64,000 nucleotides of DNA. Source: Octopus sinensis. Taxonomy: Eukaryota. Position numbers and translations under genes: made by a program. How positions within the stretch are numbered: position 1 is the stretch's first letter; every line of letters starts with the position of its first letter. Below the pieces are notes generated by a model. That model was given only the letters and a program-made list of their open reading frames with translations, was not told the DNA's origin and searched no databases. Shown here one piece after another: positions 1 through 13,314 of this stretch. The stretch covers positions 108,624,001 to 108,688,000 of the forward strand of contig NC_043001.1 in the NCBI RefSeq assembly GCF_006345805.1. Reading direction: 5' to 3'.

Positions 1-908
1 GCTGTCTGTAAGTTCTGTTATTGTTGTTGTCAAAGTTAGGGTGGTGCGTGGTTGCTTGTACGGTGTTCGTTTTTGAACTCCGTTTATATATAATGTATAT
101 TTATGTATGTACAGTTGCAGAGGAAGTGTGTCAGTGACCAGGTCGCAGGTGGTGCGACAAAAGTTTTGGCACCATGTAATACATGATTAAGTGAATTTAA
201 CGGCTTCTGTGCTTTTTTGTAATGGCAAATATTGAGTCTTCTTCGCTGAAATTATTACTTTACAATCCCACTAAACCTGAGCTTGCGTATGTGTGTGTGT
301 TTGTTTGCGTGTGTGTATGTACGTGTGTATGTATGTGTACGAGTGTATATGTACGTGTGTATGTGTGTGCGCGTGTGTGTGTACGTGTTTATGCATTTAT
401 GCGTGTGTGACCGTGTACGTGTGTATGTGTGAGTGTGTACGTGCGTATGTGTGTGTGTGAGAGAGTACTTGCGTACGTGTGTTCACACTAAAGAAATATA
501 TATATATATATTTATTTGAACACCCGTAATTTATCGATCCGAAAGTTCGTTCGGTGTAGTAGTACGCGTGACGGTTTGACATTTAGGCTATGACTGGCAC
601 AGACATTGAAGCCTAGCTGCTGTGAGATTGCCATCAACAAAAGCCGTTGAGAGGACATTTGGTTCGTCTTTTTGGGTGTTAATTACGAAACCGTTACTTT
701 AGGAAATATCAAATCCCTGTAAATAAGTAGCAAAATGTTCTGGAAACGTTGCGTAATACGTGTGTCATTAAAAGGAATGAATATCGATCTCTCCCCATCT
801 CCCTCTAAGTGTGTTTGCGCGTGTGAATGTAAATACACACACACACAAATACACACAATGAACTAAAAAAAAAAGATTGCACACACGTAAACAGCGACAT
901 AGTCATAA

Positions 909-1325
909 AGGCGGCGAGCTGGCAGAGTCGTTAGCACGCCGGGCGAAATGCTTAGAGGTATTTCGTCTGCCGATACGTTCTGAGTTCAAATTCCGCCGAG
1001 GTCGACTTTGCCTTTCATCCTTTCGGGGGTCGATAAATTAAGTACCAGTTACGCACTGGGGTCGATGTAATCGACTTAATCCGTTTGTCTTCCCTTGTTT
1101 GTCCTCTCTGTATTTAGCCCCTTGTGGGTAGTAAAGAAATAGGTATTTCGTCTGCCGCTACGTTCTGAGTTCAAATTCCGCCGAGATCGACTTTGCCTTT
1201 CATCCTTTCGGGGTCGGTAAATTAAGTACCAGTGACGCACTGGGGTCGATGTAATCGACTTAATCCGTCTGTCTGTCCTTGTTTGTCCCCTCTATGTTTA
1301 GCCCCTTGTAGGTAGTAAAGAAATA
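909..1325 (+). mobile_element. tRNA-derived SINE, family A, with tandem duplication of its 3' half
   Basis: Head GGCGGCGAGCTGGCAG...GTTCTGAGTTCAAATTCCGCC with A/B-box-like motifs. The body repeats from 1141. The same family recurs at 25055, 29160, 39527, 39975, 43470 and 63790. Confidence 0.8.
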
Positions 1326-1939
1326 AGAATCGTTAGCACGTCAGACAAAACACTTATCGGCTTTAGGCACTAAATTCAAACTCTACTCATGTCGAATTTA
1401 CTTTTCATTCTTTCGACGACTATAAAATAAGCACCAGCTTGAACCCTAGAATCGATGTAATCGACGAGTCAGCGCCCCACCCAAAATTTCAGACCTTGTA
1501 CCAATAAAAGAAAGGGTCACCGTGCGCCAATATTTATGGCCGAGATCATCGTTTTCTTGATATCCATTTACACTGGTACAAGATAGCGTGTGGTGCATTA
1601 TCCTTGCCTGTCTCCTCGTTTAGTTCTCTACCCCAAAGATGAGGTACGCAATTCTACCATCGTCCACGGCCTCTCCGAATTTATGAGCTGTAGATGGTCT
1701 CCCTGACCAGTGGAACGGCTTTCTTCATGAAGAAGCGAAAGTGCACACGCCCTAACCTAGTTCAGTATTTTACGCAACAAAGTATGGCAGTCATGCATCA
1801 ATACAACAATAAAGCGATATAGATGCTAACCATTTTCTATGGAGCATTCGGGAATTAATTCTTTTTAGTCCTTTACTAAGTGAAATTCACAATCGAAATT
1901 AGCCAACTTCATCTATTTTTACTTTTTATTCTTCCGAAC

Positions 1940-2257
1940 AGATCTATAAAGTGCTGCTGAAAAACTGCACACTTCTCTATGAATTTGGAAGGAATGCGTC
2001 TGTTGCTGCCCATCAAAGACCGAAACTTGGATTAGATTTCCTACGGTACCTATGCCAACGGGGTCTATCGATCAACTTTCGATCTCTCGCATTGCACAGT
2101 TCACGTCGAGTTCCGCACCGAGGAAATGGTCAAGGACCATTCTTGCAATAAGCACGCTGGATGCGGTGCATTTTATGTTCGTTTCTTCGAATCGATTGAC
2201 TCGCAACTCCACTCGTGGGTTATTCTCTATTGTACCTTTGCTAAAAGAAGGAAATCT

Positions 2258-2258
<1 letters not shown>
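1940..2258 (+). pseudogene. Decayed mariner transposase fragment
   Basis: LLYEF-GRNASVAA...LG.D...CQR...NFRS resembles the mariner N-terminal HTH. RVPH and WVILY...KRRKS in shifted frames resemble WVPHEL and W.LY.N.KRR.SW. Confidence 0.5.
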
Positions 2259-2329
<71 letters not shown>

Positions 2330-2531
2330 AATCTCTCTTTCTCTCTCAATCTCTCTTTCTCAGTTTCACTTTTCTCAGTCTCTGTCTCCCCCTCTCTCTC
2401 TCTCTCTCTCTCTCTCTCGATATACATACATACATACATATATACATGCATACATATATATATATATATATCACTTCTCTCTCTCTCGATATACATACCA
2501 ACATACATACATACATACATACATACATACA

Positions 2532-2567
<36 letters not shown>

Positions 2568-2657
2568 TATATATCACTCTCTCTCTCTCTCTCTCTCTCT
2601 CGATATATATATATCGCTCTCTTTCTCTCTCTCTCTCGATATACATACCAATATACA

Positions 2658-2693
<36 letters not shown>

Positions 2694-2751
2694 TCACTCT
2701 CTCTCTCTCTTTCTCTATCAATCTCTCTCTCTCAATCTCACTCTTTCTCAG

Positions 2752-2777
<26 letters not shown>
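2259..2777. repeat. Compound microsatellite (CT)n/(CATA)n/(TA)n
   Basis: Directly visible; explains ORFs 2052-2898. Confidence 0.95.
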
Positions 2778-2784
<7 letters not shown>

Positions 2785-3270
2785 GATGCTTACCATTTGT
2801 TATCAACAATTGTACACGTCATTTCCCGCTTAGCAAATTCCCTAATCTGGTCCCTGAATTCCATTCCAGGAAAGATGTATTCGGTTTCTAGTGTCTGAAA
2901 GTCTGTCTACTAGAGTTATCTGATTAAACTATAATCGCTCAGAGATTCGTGGTCTGTGTAACCAAATGCCCAAAACTGAGGACCATCTACTTCTACACTA
3001 TCCCTATTGGTTAAACTTACGAAAACCCTAAGGACAAACTAGTTTACCTGCTTCAATTTGATCAAATATACATTAGCGATGTCAAGAAATACAGGCAATG
3101 TCTGTCACGTAATTGAAAATGCTTGAGTAGATTTCCAGAGATTTTAGATAGTTCTCCTCTATCTCCGACTTCTACACAACCCTTGCCTGCATCTAAGATT
3201 TCTTTCAAGTCGCCCACGAATTCTAATGGGCGAGATGTTTCTTGGAGTGACTCTAGATGTATAATGAAAT

Positions 3271-3600
3271 GACTGACTGACTGACTTGACAGCATTCACC
3301 CGGGGTGGGTTGAGCTGGCTTCATTTATCCTCAATACTGCATCTCTCACAAACACCGACCAGGCCTGGCGATTTGAGGCTAACGACCGCGTGATCTCCAA
3401 CCACTCCTTATTCCAGCGGCGAACGCCGTAGATATGGGGGCCTAGGTTGGGTTCCAGATCAGCATTACAGTCATGTATAATGAAATCTGACCGTCGAGCC
3501 CCTGGCGTGGTGTAAACAGTCCCCAGTCTGAAAGTCTTACATCCTTTAGTGTTGTTCACGTTCAAAACCATCGCCTGGCTTTCCAGGTTCAGATCCAGGC
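3271..3600 (-). mobile_element. RTE-clade LINE 3' end
   Basis: C-terminal peptide DLEPNLGPHIYGVRRWNKEWLEITRSLASNRQAWSVFVRDAV...STHPG*, followed by an (AGTC)n tail. Confidence 0.7.
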
Positions 3601-4574
3601 CCAGGAAGACCGTGCATTCAAACGTTTCAGAAACAACACTGCTACACCACTCGATCCTAACAAGTTGATGAGAGATTCTTAATCGGCCAGAAGGAGAGAG
3701 AAAACGGAAATCCCGTGTCTTGTCTCGGTGATGGCTACTACAACTATACTTAGTAACCCGAGGCCGATCAGTATGTATCTCTCCCTGCTTCCACGCCGAC
3801 CTCGGGCCACGTGTATTTATACAACCTAACCTTTAAGAACATTGGAGCAAGCAAAAGAGTAAGAAAATCCATCTACTTCGTTTATTAACTATTGGTAATC
3901 CGGGTCTTAGAATTAATAACAGCAAGTACAGCAAAGGTTATAATAAAAATATGCTGACTATAACGATGATGATGGTGATGGTGTTGATGCTGATAATCGA
4001 CACAATTAAACAAAGTAGTGATTAAACAACATGATTACATCAGTAATATAACGCTGATAAAGACTCTTAATCAGTAATTCTCAATTTACGTTAATTATTC
4101 TCAACTAGTATGAGATTTAAAGTTTCTGTTACATGTTTTCCTTATTTTAAATGTTAACATATTAATACCACAGATAGCTGTAGCATGCTTTGGGATTATC
4201 AGGTAAAGGAGTTTAACGGTGGATAATTATTGTGACCTATAACGACTAGACAAGCATAACATTTTCATTTTATTTTTTTGCAAATCAGTCCTTCAAGCAA
4301 ACAAATAATCCGTTTCAATGATTTTCACAGAATTATTAACAGCAGCAACATTAGAACCACTGGACGAACAGAAACCAATTCGATAGCTTCCATCTGTTCG
4401 CTAAACCTGCTAAATATGGCAGTTCAATCTTCCTCAAAATCATACTATACTGCTTAAAAGAAAGGCTTTGAATTCAAGAAGACAGGATGATGCCAACTCT
4501 TTGGACATTGATCTAGTCAACGAAGGACTAACCAGAAGCTAGACAACAACAACAACGTCAACACCAGCGAAGGT

Positions 4575-4690
4575 GGAGGCGCAATGGCCCAGTGGCTAGG
4601 GCAGCGGACTCGCGGTCATAAGAACGCGGTTTCGATTCCAAGACCGGGCATTGTGAGTGTTTATTGAGCAAAAACCTCTAAGTTCCATCA
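4575..4690 (+). mobile_element. tRNA-derived SINE head fragment, family D
   Basis: GGAGGCGCAATGGCCCAGTGG...GGTTTCGATTCC; a longer copy is at 39127. Confidence 0.7.
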
Positions 4691-5037
4691 TCATCTCCAT
4701 ATCTATCTAACTCAGAAACGCGTCCGCAAGTAATCAAATGCCGAGTGAATTTTCGTTGTTTTCCCTCTATGCCTACGTGAATTGTTTTTGAGTATACGTT
4801 GTCTGGGGGATTCTTCTTATAGTAGAAGGAATAGCTAAGTTCTTCGGCTGCTATTTCTAAAAGTTTGGTATGTGCTAAAGCAAATTTTTTTTTTGCTGGA
4901 CCCTAATTATAATTATACTCATAATTATAAAAAGTAATGGTTAAGTTTACCGAAAACGGTCCTTTTAACATGCTGAACACTACTTGGTGGAATTATTAAT
5001 TACTAATTAATTAATTAATTTTACCCCTTATTATTAT

Positions 5038-5111
<74 letters not shown>

Positions 5112-5146
5112 TATATATACACACATATATATATATAGAGAGAGAG

Positions 5147-5578
5147 AGAGTGGTTGTATACTGTCAACGTGACAGTCCCGTATGGGAATTACACCATCGC
5201 TGTTTAGCCCTAGGAAGCATCGACCACTTCCTGTCGGCTTTGACACATTTTCTGTGTCTTTATATTTGTGAAGGGGAGGCAAGCACCCCCACCAGCCAAG
5301 ATTCACACCTGAGGACATGCATCTTTCTGGGTCTTAACCCGTCATCAGCCCAGGACAGTGAGCTCACTATCCTGGGCTGATGACGGGTTAAGACCCAGAA
5401 AGATGCATGTCCTCAGGTGTGAATCTTGGCTGGTGGGGGTGCTTGCCTCCCCTTCACAAATATAAAGACACAGAAAATGTGTCAAAGCCGACAGGAAGTG
5501 GTCGATGCTTCCTAGGGCTAAACAGCGATGGTGTAATTCCCATACGGGACTGTCACGTTGACAGTATACAACCACTCT
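5147..5578. repeat. 432-bp near-perfect, spacerless palindrome (inverted pair of a hammerhead-bearing element)
   Basis: Arms 5147-5362 and 5363-5578 are reverse complements centred on GAGCTC. I found one mismatch (5356/5369). Confidence 0.95.
5371..5417 (+). ncRNA. Type I minimal hammerhead ribozyme motif (mirror copy at 5308-5354, minus)
   Basis: CCTGGG-CTGATGA-c GGGT taag ACCC a-GAAA-GATGCATG-TC/CTCAGG. Stem I is CCTGGG:CTCAGG, the core is intact, stem III is quasi-palindromic, and the predicted cleavage is after GTC at 5411. Confidence 0.7.
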
Positions 5579-5629
5579 ATCGCTCCACCACCGCACATAT
5601 CTCTATGAGATATTTAGAAATTTAATATT

Positions 5630-5671
<42 letters not shown>

Positions 5672-6045
5672 GAGTGACTGTGTGGTAAGTAGCTTGCTTA
5701 CCAGCCACATGGTTCCGGGTTCAGTCCCACTGCGTGACACCTTGGACAAGTGTCTTCTACTGTAGCCTCGGGCCGACCAAAGCCTTGCGAGTGGATTTGG
5801 TAGACGGAAATTGAAAGAAGCCCGTCGTATATATGTGTCTGTGTGTGTTTGTCTCTCCCAACATCGCTTGACAACCGATGCTGGTGTGTTTATGTCCCCC
5901 GTAACATTAGTGGTTCGGCAAAAGAGACCGATAGAATAAGTACTGGGCTTACAAAGAATATGTCCTAGGGTCGATTTGCTCGACTAAAGGCGGTGCTCCA
6001 GCATGACCGCAGTCAAGTGACTGAAACAAGTAAAAAAGTAAAAGA
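5672..6045 (+). mobile_element. tRNA-derived SINE, family B
   Basis: GTGGTAAGTAGCTTGCTTACCAGCCACATGGTTCCGGGTTCAGTCCC head, internal (TA/TG)n, tail GGCGGTGCTCCAGCATG...TGACTGAAACAAG. Confidence 0.85.
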
Positions 6046-6981
6046 ATTTTATATATCCATATATATAAATTTCCAGGATTCGAGAGAATCTGTTATTTAA
6101 ATAGTAAAAGCACCAAGATGGAGTCGATGATAGCGCAAGTGTGTAACAACAATGCATACTGACGACATGACATCTACGGACTCACTAAAGTAAATACAGA
6201 TTTGTCCCTCCAGTTATGTATAGATTTACAATTTGTTGACTGAATACACAACGTGTAATCAAAGTCATAGATGGGTACACGCACTGTACCTATTGCATCG
6301 TCGACCACAGATGCTAGATCTAAACATATTGAAGGTTTCAAGTCAGGTGAAGGATAAATAATAACAATCCATTTGAGTAACAGAAAAACAGAGCTCAACT
6401 ATTCCTATTTATTTATTTTTGTTGGTTTGGTCTTGTGAATGTGGTTGTGCTTATGGCCTTCGGTGACATCATTGTAAGTCAAAGTTGCACTTAAACTGTT
6501 GCAAGTCAACGGTTGCAAGATAAATATCTGCAGGGTAGGAAATGAGATGACTGATTTTGTAAAGGCAGAAGTCGAAGCTTAATGATTAAACAAAGGACCG
6601 AGGAGACTGGTACAGTTTTGAGTGATGAGAAAAGGAGATACAACTGTCGGGAAGTGCCCGAGTGGAAATGTCGCGAAACCAGCTATTTTCAAGAATCAGG
6701 GTTTACCGTAGTTGCAGTAATAAGGCAGATGGAATGAACAACATGTCTACGGGGCAAAAGTTGGATGTCGTTAGAAAGTGACTATTTTCCGAACAGCTTT
6801 AATCCGAATGCATTTTAGAATAACTTTATGAGTAACGGTGTCAACATCCTCTTTGAGATTTGTTGAGGATTAGTATTTATTGAAGGCTGGATTATTTTCT
6901 GACTCTGAATAAGAAAGCCAGTCATTGAGATGCAGTCTTTGATGTGTTGACGATGTGCGTTTGCCAAAAGACACCTTCAGT

Positions 6982-7252
6982 CAGTGGTGAACTGGCCAGG
7001 TTGCCAGTTTGCCCGATAGCATGTGGGCCCCTGTGCCATTAGAATCCATATATAGGGGCTCATGTTAGTATCTAAGGGGCCCATCCCCTCAAGTTTGGGA
7101 ATTTTTAATTCACTCCTGAAAGAATGCATTATTTCAGTCTGGCTGTGTTTGGAGAGAGTTGAAAAGAATACTTTCAACAAAAACAAAAAAAAATTAAATG
7201 ATAGCTTTGTAGTTGCGGGTGGGACAATATTTTTAGACCCAGTCCGCCTCTG
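6982..7252. mobile_element. hAT-like MITE
   Basis: TIRs CAGTGGTGAACTGG / CCAGTCCGCCTCTG. 8-bp TSD CCTTCAGT (6974-6981) versus CCTTCTGT (7253-7260), matching 7/8. Confidence 0.7.
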
Positions 7253-7547
7253 CCTTCTGTAATAGTGAAATATAAGATCTGAAGCAATCATGAGAGTTTG
7301 GGTTGCCTGATAGTTTTGTGGTGAGTTGCACGTTTTGTCCTAAGTTCTCTTGTCATTTGATGTTGAAGGAGACAAGATCGCCATGACCTCATTGCAAGAT
7401 GTTTTGAGGTCTCTGTTCGTGGTGTTTGTACAAATTAGGTGTGAAGGTGCTAGCTTGCATGGGGATGACACGCGGATGCGGAAGGTTCGAGTGAATGTGT
7501 GTTCTTATCAGCGTAAGGATTGGGTAATTTTGAGAAAATTGCCAATA

Positions 7548-7960
7548 GGCGCAGGAGTGGCTGTGTGGTAAGTAGCTTGTTTACCAACCACATGGTTCTG
7601 GGTTCAGTCCCACTGCGTGGCACCTTGGGCAAGTGTCTTCTACTATAGCCTCGGGCCGACCAATGCCTTGTAAGTGGATTTGGTAGACGGAAACTGAAAG
7701 AAGCCCGTCGTATATATGTATATATATATATATGCATGTGTGTGTTTGTGTGTCTGTGTTTGTCCCCCTAGCATTGCTTGACAACCGATGCTGGTGTGTT
7801 TATGTCCCCGTTACTTAGCGGTTCGGCAAAAGAGACCGATAGAATAAGTACTGGGCTTACAAAGAATAAGTCCCGGGGTCGAGTTGCTCGATTAAAGGCG
7901 GTGCTCCAGCATGGCCGCAGTCAAATGACTGAAACAAGTAAAAGAGTAAAAGAGTAAAGA
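7548..7960 (+). mobile_element. tRNA-derived SINE, family B, full length
   Basis: Complete head-body-tail, near-identical to the 31830 copy. Confidence 0.9.
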
Positions 7961-8249
7961 GTATGTAGGTCGTTAATGTATACGAGGAGTGGGGGGGGGT
8001 GTACAAAACCAGACCCCAAGTTCTACAGGAGTTGACAGAGTGCGACTTAAAGAGAATTTCATTAGCAAACACTGCTATTGTACTATCTAAATAGGAAGAC
8101 ACCGATCCAAGGGGCGAGAATATGATGGGTCTCATCGAAGGGCAGGTCTGAAAGGAAAGTTGAATTGCTAGACACGGTTGAAAGATTTGGTGATGTTACA
8201 GGCAACAACACTGCTTTTACCAAATATTTCGAGGGCGATTTGGTTTCCG

Positions 8250-8316
8250 GTGTGTGTGTGTATGTATGTATGTATGTATGTATGTATGTATGTATGTATG
8301 TATGTATGTATGTATG

Positions 8317-8350
<34 letters not shown>

Positions 8351-8411
8351 TGCATGTGTGTATGTATGTATGTATGTATGTATGTATGTATGTATGTATG
8401 TATGTATGTAC

Positions 8412-8442
<31 letters not shown>

Positions 8443-8540
8443 TGTATGTATATATGCATGTATGTATGTATGCATGTGTGTATGTATGTATGTATGTATG
8501 TATGCATGTGTGTATGTATGTATGTATGCATGTATGTATG

Positions 8541-8571
<31 letters not shown>

Positions 8572-8890
8572 GTATGTATGTATATATGTATATATGCATG
8601 TATGTGCAAATTTGTATGTTTCATGTATGTATTTTTATGCATATAGTTGCATATCTAGACATGCTCATATATGTTTAAATGATAAATTTCTGGAAAATTT
8701 TATGTATGTATGTATGCATGTACACATGCATACATGCATATATTTATGTAAGTATGCACGTACGTACGTACATGCATGTATGCATGTATGTATGTATGTA
8801 TGTATGTACATATATGCATGTATGCATGTATGCATGTATGTACGTGATGTATGTATGTATGTATGTATGTATGTATGTATGTTGATAAAT
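8250..8890. repeat. (TATG)n microsatellite with an embedded R4/Dong-like 3' UTR piece (about 8590-8700, minus)
   Basis: The insert matches the sequence following the ORF stop in the 15.6-kb and 23.0-kb copies (GATAAATTTCTGGAAAATTT, CATCTAGACATGCTCATAT). Confidence 0.8.
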
Positions 8891-9379
8891 ATGCCAAGAC
8901 TGTGATTGCTAAGCTGTCAATCAGTAACTTACTGGCCAACAGACCCCTTACCTTAGACAAATCAATAATCCTCCTCTTTTTTTGTCTTGTTCTAATCTCC
9001 CTTCATTCCCGTCATTATTCTCACTCTACCTCCACTCTCACCCTCTCATAATTTCCTCTCCTTTACTCTCCTTTCTCTCCAACTACTTTTAGTCCACGCC
9101 ATTTCCACTCGTTCTTCCTGTTTTCCATGCTCTTCAGGATTAGCCACAAACAAGCACTTTTCTAATTCCCTGGAAAAGCATTCGGTCAGATATATTGCAC
9201 AATTTTATGCCAACAGTATACACACTGGAAATAAGAAGTAAGAATTATCTATAGAAAACACATACATAAAACAAAACATACAAATCTGCACATATACATA
9301 CATGCGTACATGCATTTTTCTTGAATTTGGCGATGATAGATCATGTCTACAGTGCTCTACTACAATGAAAGCCGCACTG

Positions 9380-9910
9380 AGTCTCAAATAAGACATTTGG
9401 ACAGATATACTCATTTAGTCTGTTTAATAGAACAAGAGCCAAGACCTTCCCAGTTGTTAATAGAAGAGATATTCTTCTGTGTTTTCCACAGCCTGCTCTT
9501 CAATCTTTTTTGAAGATAGGAACGATGCCTACATCCAGTTTTGTGGGACCGTTTCCGTCTTCCAGATCTGGAGCACAAAGTTATACAGTCTTTCAATAAG
9601 CTTAACAGCTACATGGTTCCAGATTTCAGCGGGTAGGCCACATCTGCCAGGTACTTTGCATTCTTTCATTTGTTCGATTGGACTGCATCATTGAATTCCT
9701 TGTATATAAGTTCGTCATCTTACAATCGGATGATTGGCTATTGTGTAAACGTCTCGGGGGCAGTATTGTCCACGACGCCTAGGATATTAAGCAGGCTGTC
9801 AAAGTGATTGGTAAATCTATCAAGGATCTCCGATTTATTCTGGTCTACTGTTTTATCGTTAAGAGCTATGAGTTTTGATGTGCCTCTTCTCTGTGGCTCA
9901 CTCCATCGAA
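9380..9910 (-). mobile_element. RTE LINE reverse-transcriptase N-terminal fragment (disrupted)
   Basis: Minus-strand translation KVPGRCGLPAEIWNH...LYNFVLQIWKTETVPQNW.*A..PIFKK, with stops and frameshifts. Confidence 0.75.
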
Positions 9911-10513
9911 TCAAATAATTACGCTAATATAGTCTTTCCTCCTTTAAAACAAAAGGGTGTGAATCACCCTCTGACCACACACGATTGCCTTCAAAATAAA
10001 CGACGCGTTGGATAATATAGTCCTAGATGTATTATACCTGAATAAAGGGAATGCAGGGAGGTTTCGGAGAGAACGTCTTTTGTCATAGGTTTGCTCGATC
10101 AGAGCTTGTCGGGTGGTGGTGGTGGTGGTGGGGGCTAGACAACCGGTGTTGGTTTGTTGACGTCCCCATAACTTAGAGGTTCGGCAAAAGCGATCGATAT
10201 AATAAGTACCAGGTTTTAAAGAAAAACATGAATACTGCAGTCGATTTATACAAGGCAGTGATTTAGCATCGCTGCAGTTCAATGACAAAAAAGTAAAAGA
10301 AAAGATACATACATACATACATACATACATACATACATACATACATACATCTTTGACCCCCTTCGGTCAGGAATAGCCATGGGATTGCACCTAGAAAGTT
10401 ACCCTCCGAGGCACAAGTCCGGGCAAAGTTGTTTATGGAAGGCCAGCAGTCGGCCATGCACACCAGCCTCCCCTCTCCACACCACCGATGTTATCCATAC
10501 ATGCATACATACA

Positions 10514-10620
10514 TAACCTGTTGTTGATGTTGAAATTCCAACGAAGGAACCTTGGATCTAGGTTAGAAACCGGTTCTTTCTCTATTAGTATGAAATCTTG
10601 AAATAAACTGAATAATGACA
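10514..10620 (+). mobile_element. R4/Dong-like element, 3'-terminal module inside (CATA)n
   Basis: CCTGTTGTTGATGTTGAAATTCC...GAAATAAACTGAATAATGA, the same module as at 26.5-26.9 kb, flanked by CATA repeats. Confidence 0.75.
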
Positions 10621-10661
10621 TATATACATACATACATGCATGCATACATACATACATACAT

Positions 10662-10704
<43 letters not shown>

Positions 10705-10707
10705 TAC

Positions 10708-10738
<31 letters not shown>

Positions 10739-10803
10739 CATACATACACACACCACACACACACACACACACACATACATACATACATACATACATACAT
10801 ACA

Positions 10804-10834
<31 letters not shown>

Positions 10835-10959
10835 TGAAATGGCAAGCCCAAAAAACCCCTTCAATCTGGTTTGAAATCCTATACACACCACAACCAGTTA
10901 CTCAGACTTTTTCATTTTATATATATTTTTTTTATTAATCTCTATCTCATTAGGAAGAT

Positions 10960-12000
10960 ACTAATCTATCAGGATTAGTTACAACAGAAATTAGAATAAT
11001 TTGACACTCGCATACAGGTATAGACGCACACACACACACATGTACACATGCACATTTTCACAGACATATGCACACACTTGTGTGCACGCACACTCACACA
11101 TATACATACATACATACATACACACATACACACACACATGTACATATGTACATACTCACACAGACACATACACACAATTGTGCTCGGGCACACTCACACA
11201 TATACAATCATACATACACACGCGCACACACATATACGCATGCACAAACTCACACAGACACATGCGTACACTCACATATATACACACACTCACACACACA
11301 TGTACGCATGCACATACTCACACAGACACATGCACACACTTGTGCTCTGGCACACTCACACATATACACACATACATACACACACACACACATGCATGCA
11401 CGCACACACACACACACACACGAACGCATGCACATACTCACAGACACATATACACACACCCATGCGTGCGCACACTCACACATATACACGCATACATTGA
11501 CACACACACATGTACACATGTACACACGCACACAGACACACACACTTGTACTCGGGCACACTCACACATATACACACATAAACACACACACACACACACT
11601 GACTCACTTGCGCAAAGGCGCGCATACACTTGGGCAGGTGCGTTGCTTCTCTCACACACACATATGGGGTGCAGGTATACTCAGCCACTTCACATTTAAC
11701 CATGTGGATTACGGATAGGAACATGCTGCAATGCACACTGATATGCTCCGACAGAAGCACAAGGCGAATAATCTATGCAACACGCAGATACACAAAAAAC
11801 ATGTGCGCGCGCACACACACACACACACACACGCACGCACATGCATACACACACATGTACGCTCGCAGGCACTAACATGCACACACATACACACTCACAC
11901 ACGAATACATCCACTCACGTGCATATACACATGCACACACACATACATGCACACACATGCATGCACATGTACACACATGGAGGCTCGTGAATGCATGTGT
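10960..12000. repeat. Degenerate (CA)n-derived cryptic minisatellite
   Basis: About 1 kb of interrupted CA repeats with recurring units such as TTGTGCTCGGGCACACTCACACATAT. Confidence 0.85.
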
Positions 12001-12325
12001 CATCAATTCTGATCACCCATTGATGGATACCATTGTATAGTTCGATTTGCAAGAAATAGCAGCCAAATCGACCATGGATCATCTTTAAGAAAAAGAGAAA
12101 CGATTCATTAAATAATGTAGACCTAGATAAAGTATATCTGGGGGAAAAAAAGCGTGCTGGTCACGGCTGGATTCCCTTTGACCATAAGTGTATTCGATCA
12201 GGACTGACGTGGGCCCTAGCTAGAACTTCAGACGCAACAGCAACAATAACAACAACAACATTTCTTGTCACGTGATCCCACTATTTTATAAATAATATTA
12301 AGGATTTTACTTTTTCTCTCTAATG

Positions 12326-12470
12326 CAGGCATGGACAACCTATTTCGAGAAGTGGGCCGCACGAGACATAGCTCATCATCAGGCGGGCTGCACTACTAAA
12401 AATACTCAAGATAATTTTGCTCTAGATACACCATTCCAATTGTCCCGCGAGCCGCGGTTCGCCCATGAGT
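12326..12470. mobile_element. Possible hAT-type MITE remnant
   Basis: CAGGCATGGACAACC...GGGCCGC and CGCGAGCCGCGGTTCGCCCATG resemble hAT MITE ends; degenerate. Confidence 0.45.
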
Positions 12471-13314
12471 GATCTCATGCCAAGATGGCGTACAAACTTG
12501 CAGTGAAGCGTGACTGTTCTACGCGGACTGGTACGCGTTAAGCTTTTCGTATTTCCTTCGGTTACAATAATCAAAAGAAAGCCTTTCATCTCATCGGAAA
12601 AGCCTTTCGATAGCAAGTCAATAAAGGAGTCTATACAAGGTAGTTTGACCAGCTAGAAATAGCATCAAAATTCCTCTCAAATTTCACTCTGTTGTCTTAA
12701 AAAGGACAGGATGTCTACAGTTAGAATGTTTTCGGTCATAAGTCTTCTCAATCATGGTTAACCCGGGGCTAAACAACAACAACGGATCTTTCTACATCAA
12801 ATATTATCATAGACAAGTCCATCATTCAAAGCCTTCTCGCCTTCTTCTTAAGTTTTCGAGCTCCGTACATCGTGTATAAAGAGAAAACTCCTGTCGATTT
12901 CGATTAACTGAACCTCTTTCCCTTTAAATTAGGGTAGCATCTGGTTGAATATACCGAATAAGCATAGCACAACGTAGCAAAACTAAGCCTTTGAAATTAT
13001 AGATACACTTCATCCAACGAGATTCCGCGCAGTTTCCGTTTGTCCATTTTCACTCAAAATTCTCCAGTCCACCGGAGCCTATGGTAAAGAACACTTCCTC
13101 AAGATGCTGCGGAATGGGATCGAACTTGGAGTTTCATGATTACGAAGCGAACTTCCTTAGCACACAACCAAATGTGCCCACCATTTTCAATTATTATAGT
13201 TAAATATTTAAAAAATAATGATAGAACGTGTCAACAAATTCAACCAACCGTTACCAAGATAAAAAAGGTGCAAATGAAGTGAGATGGTGACCAGGATTTC
13301 AAACCGAGTCCACT

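Noticed and set aside
909-1010. tRNA genes at SINE heads (also 4575, 7548, 39127)
   Set aside because: tRNA-like A/B boxes run straight into SINE bodies and I could not fold a complete cloverleaf.
6400-7545. Possible decayed Penelope GIY-YIG ORF on the minus strand, split by the hAT MITE
   Set aside because: Only faint motif echoes after rejoining the flanks; needs a profile search.
12422-12960. CpG-rich unique stretches with short ORFs
   Set aside because: No recognisable motifs or consistent splice signals.
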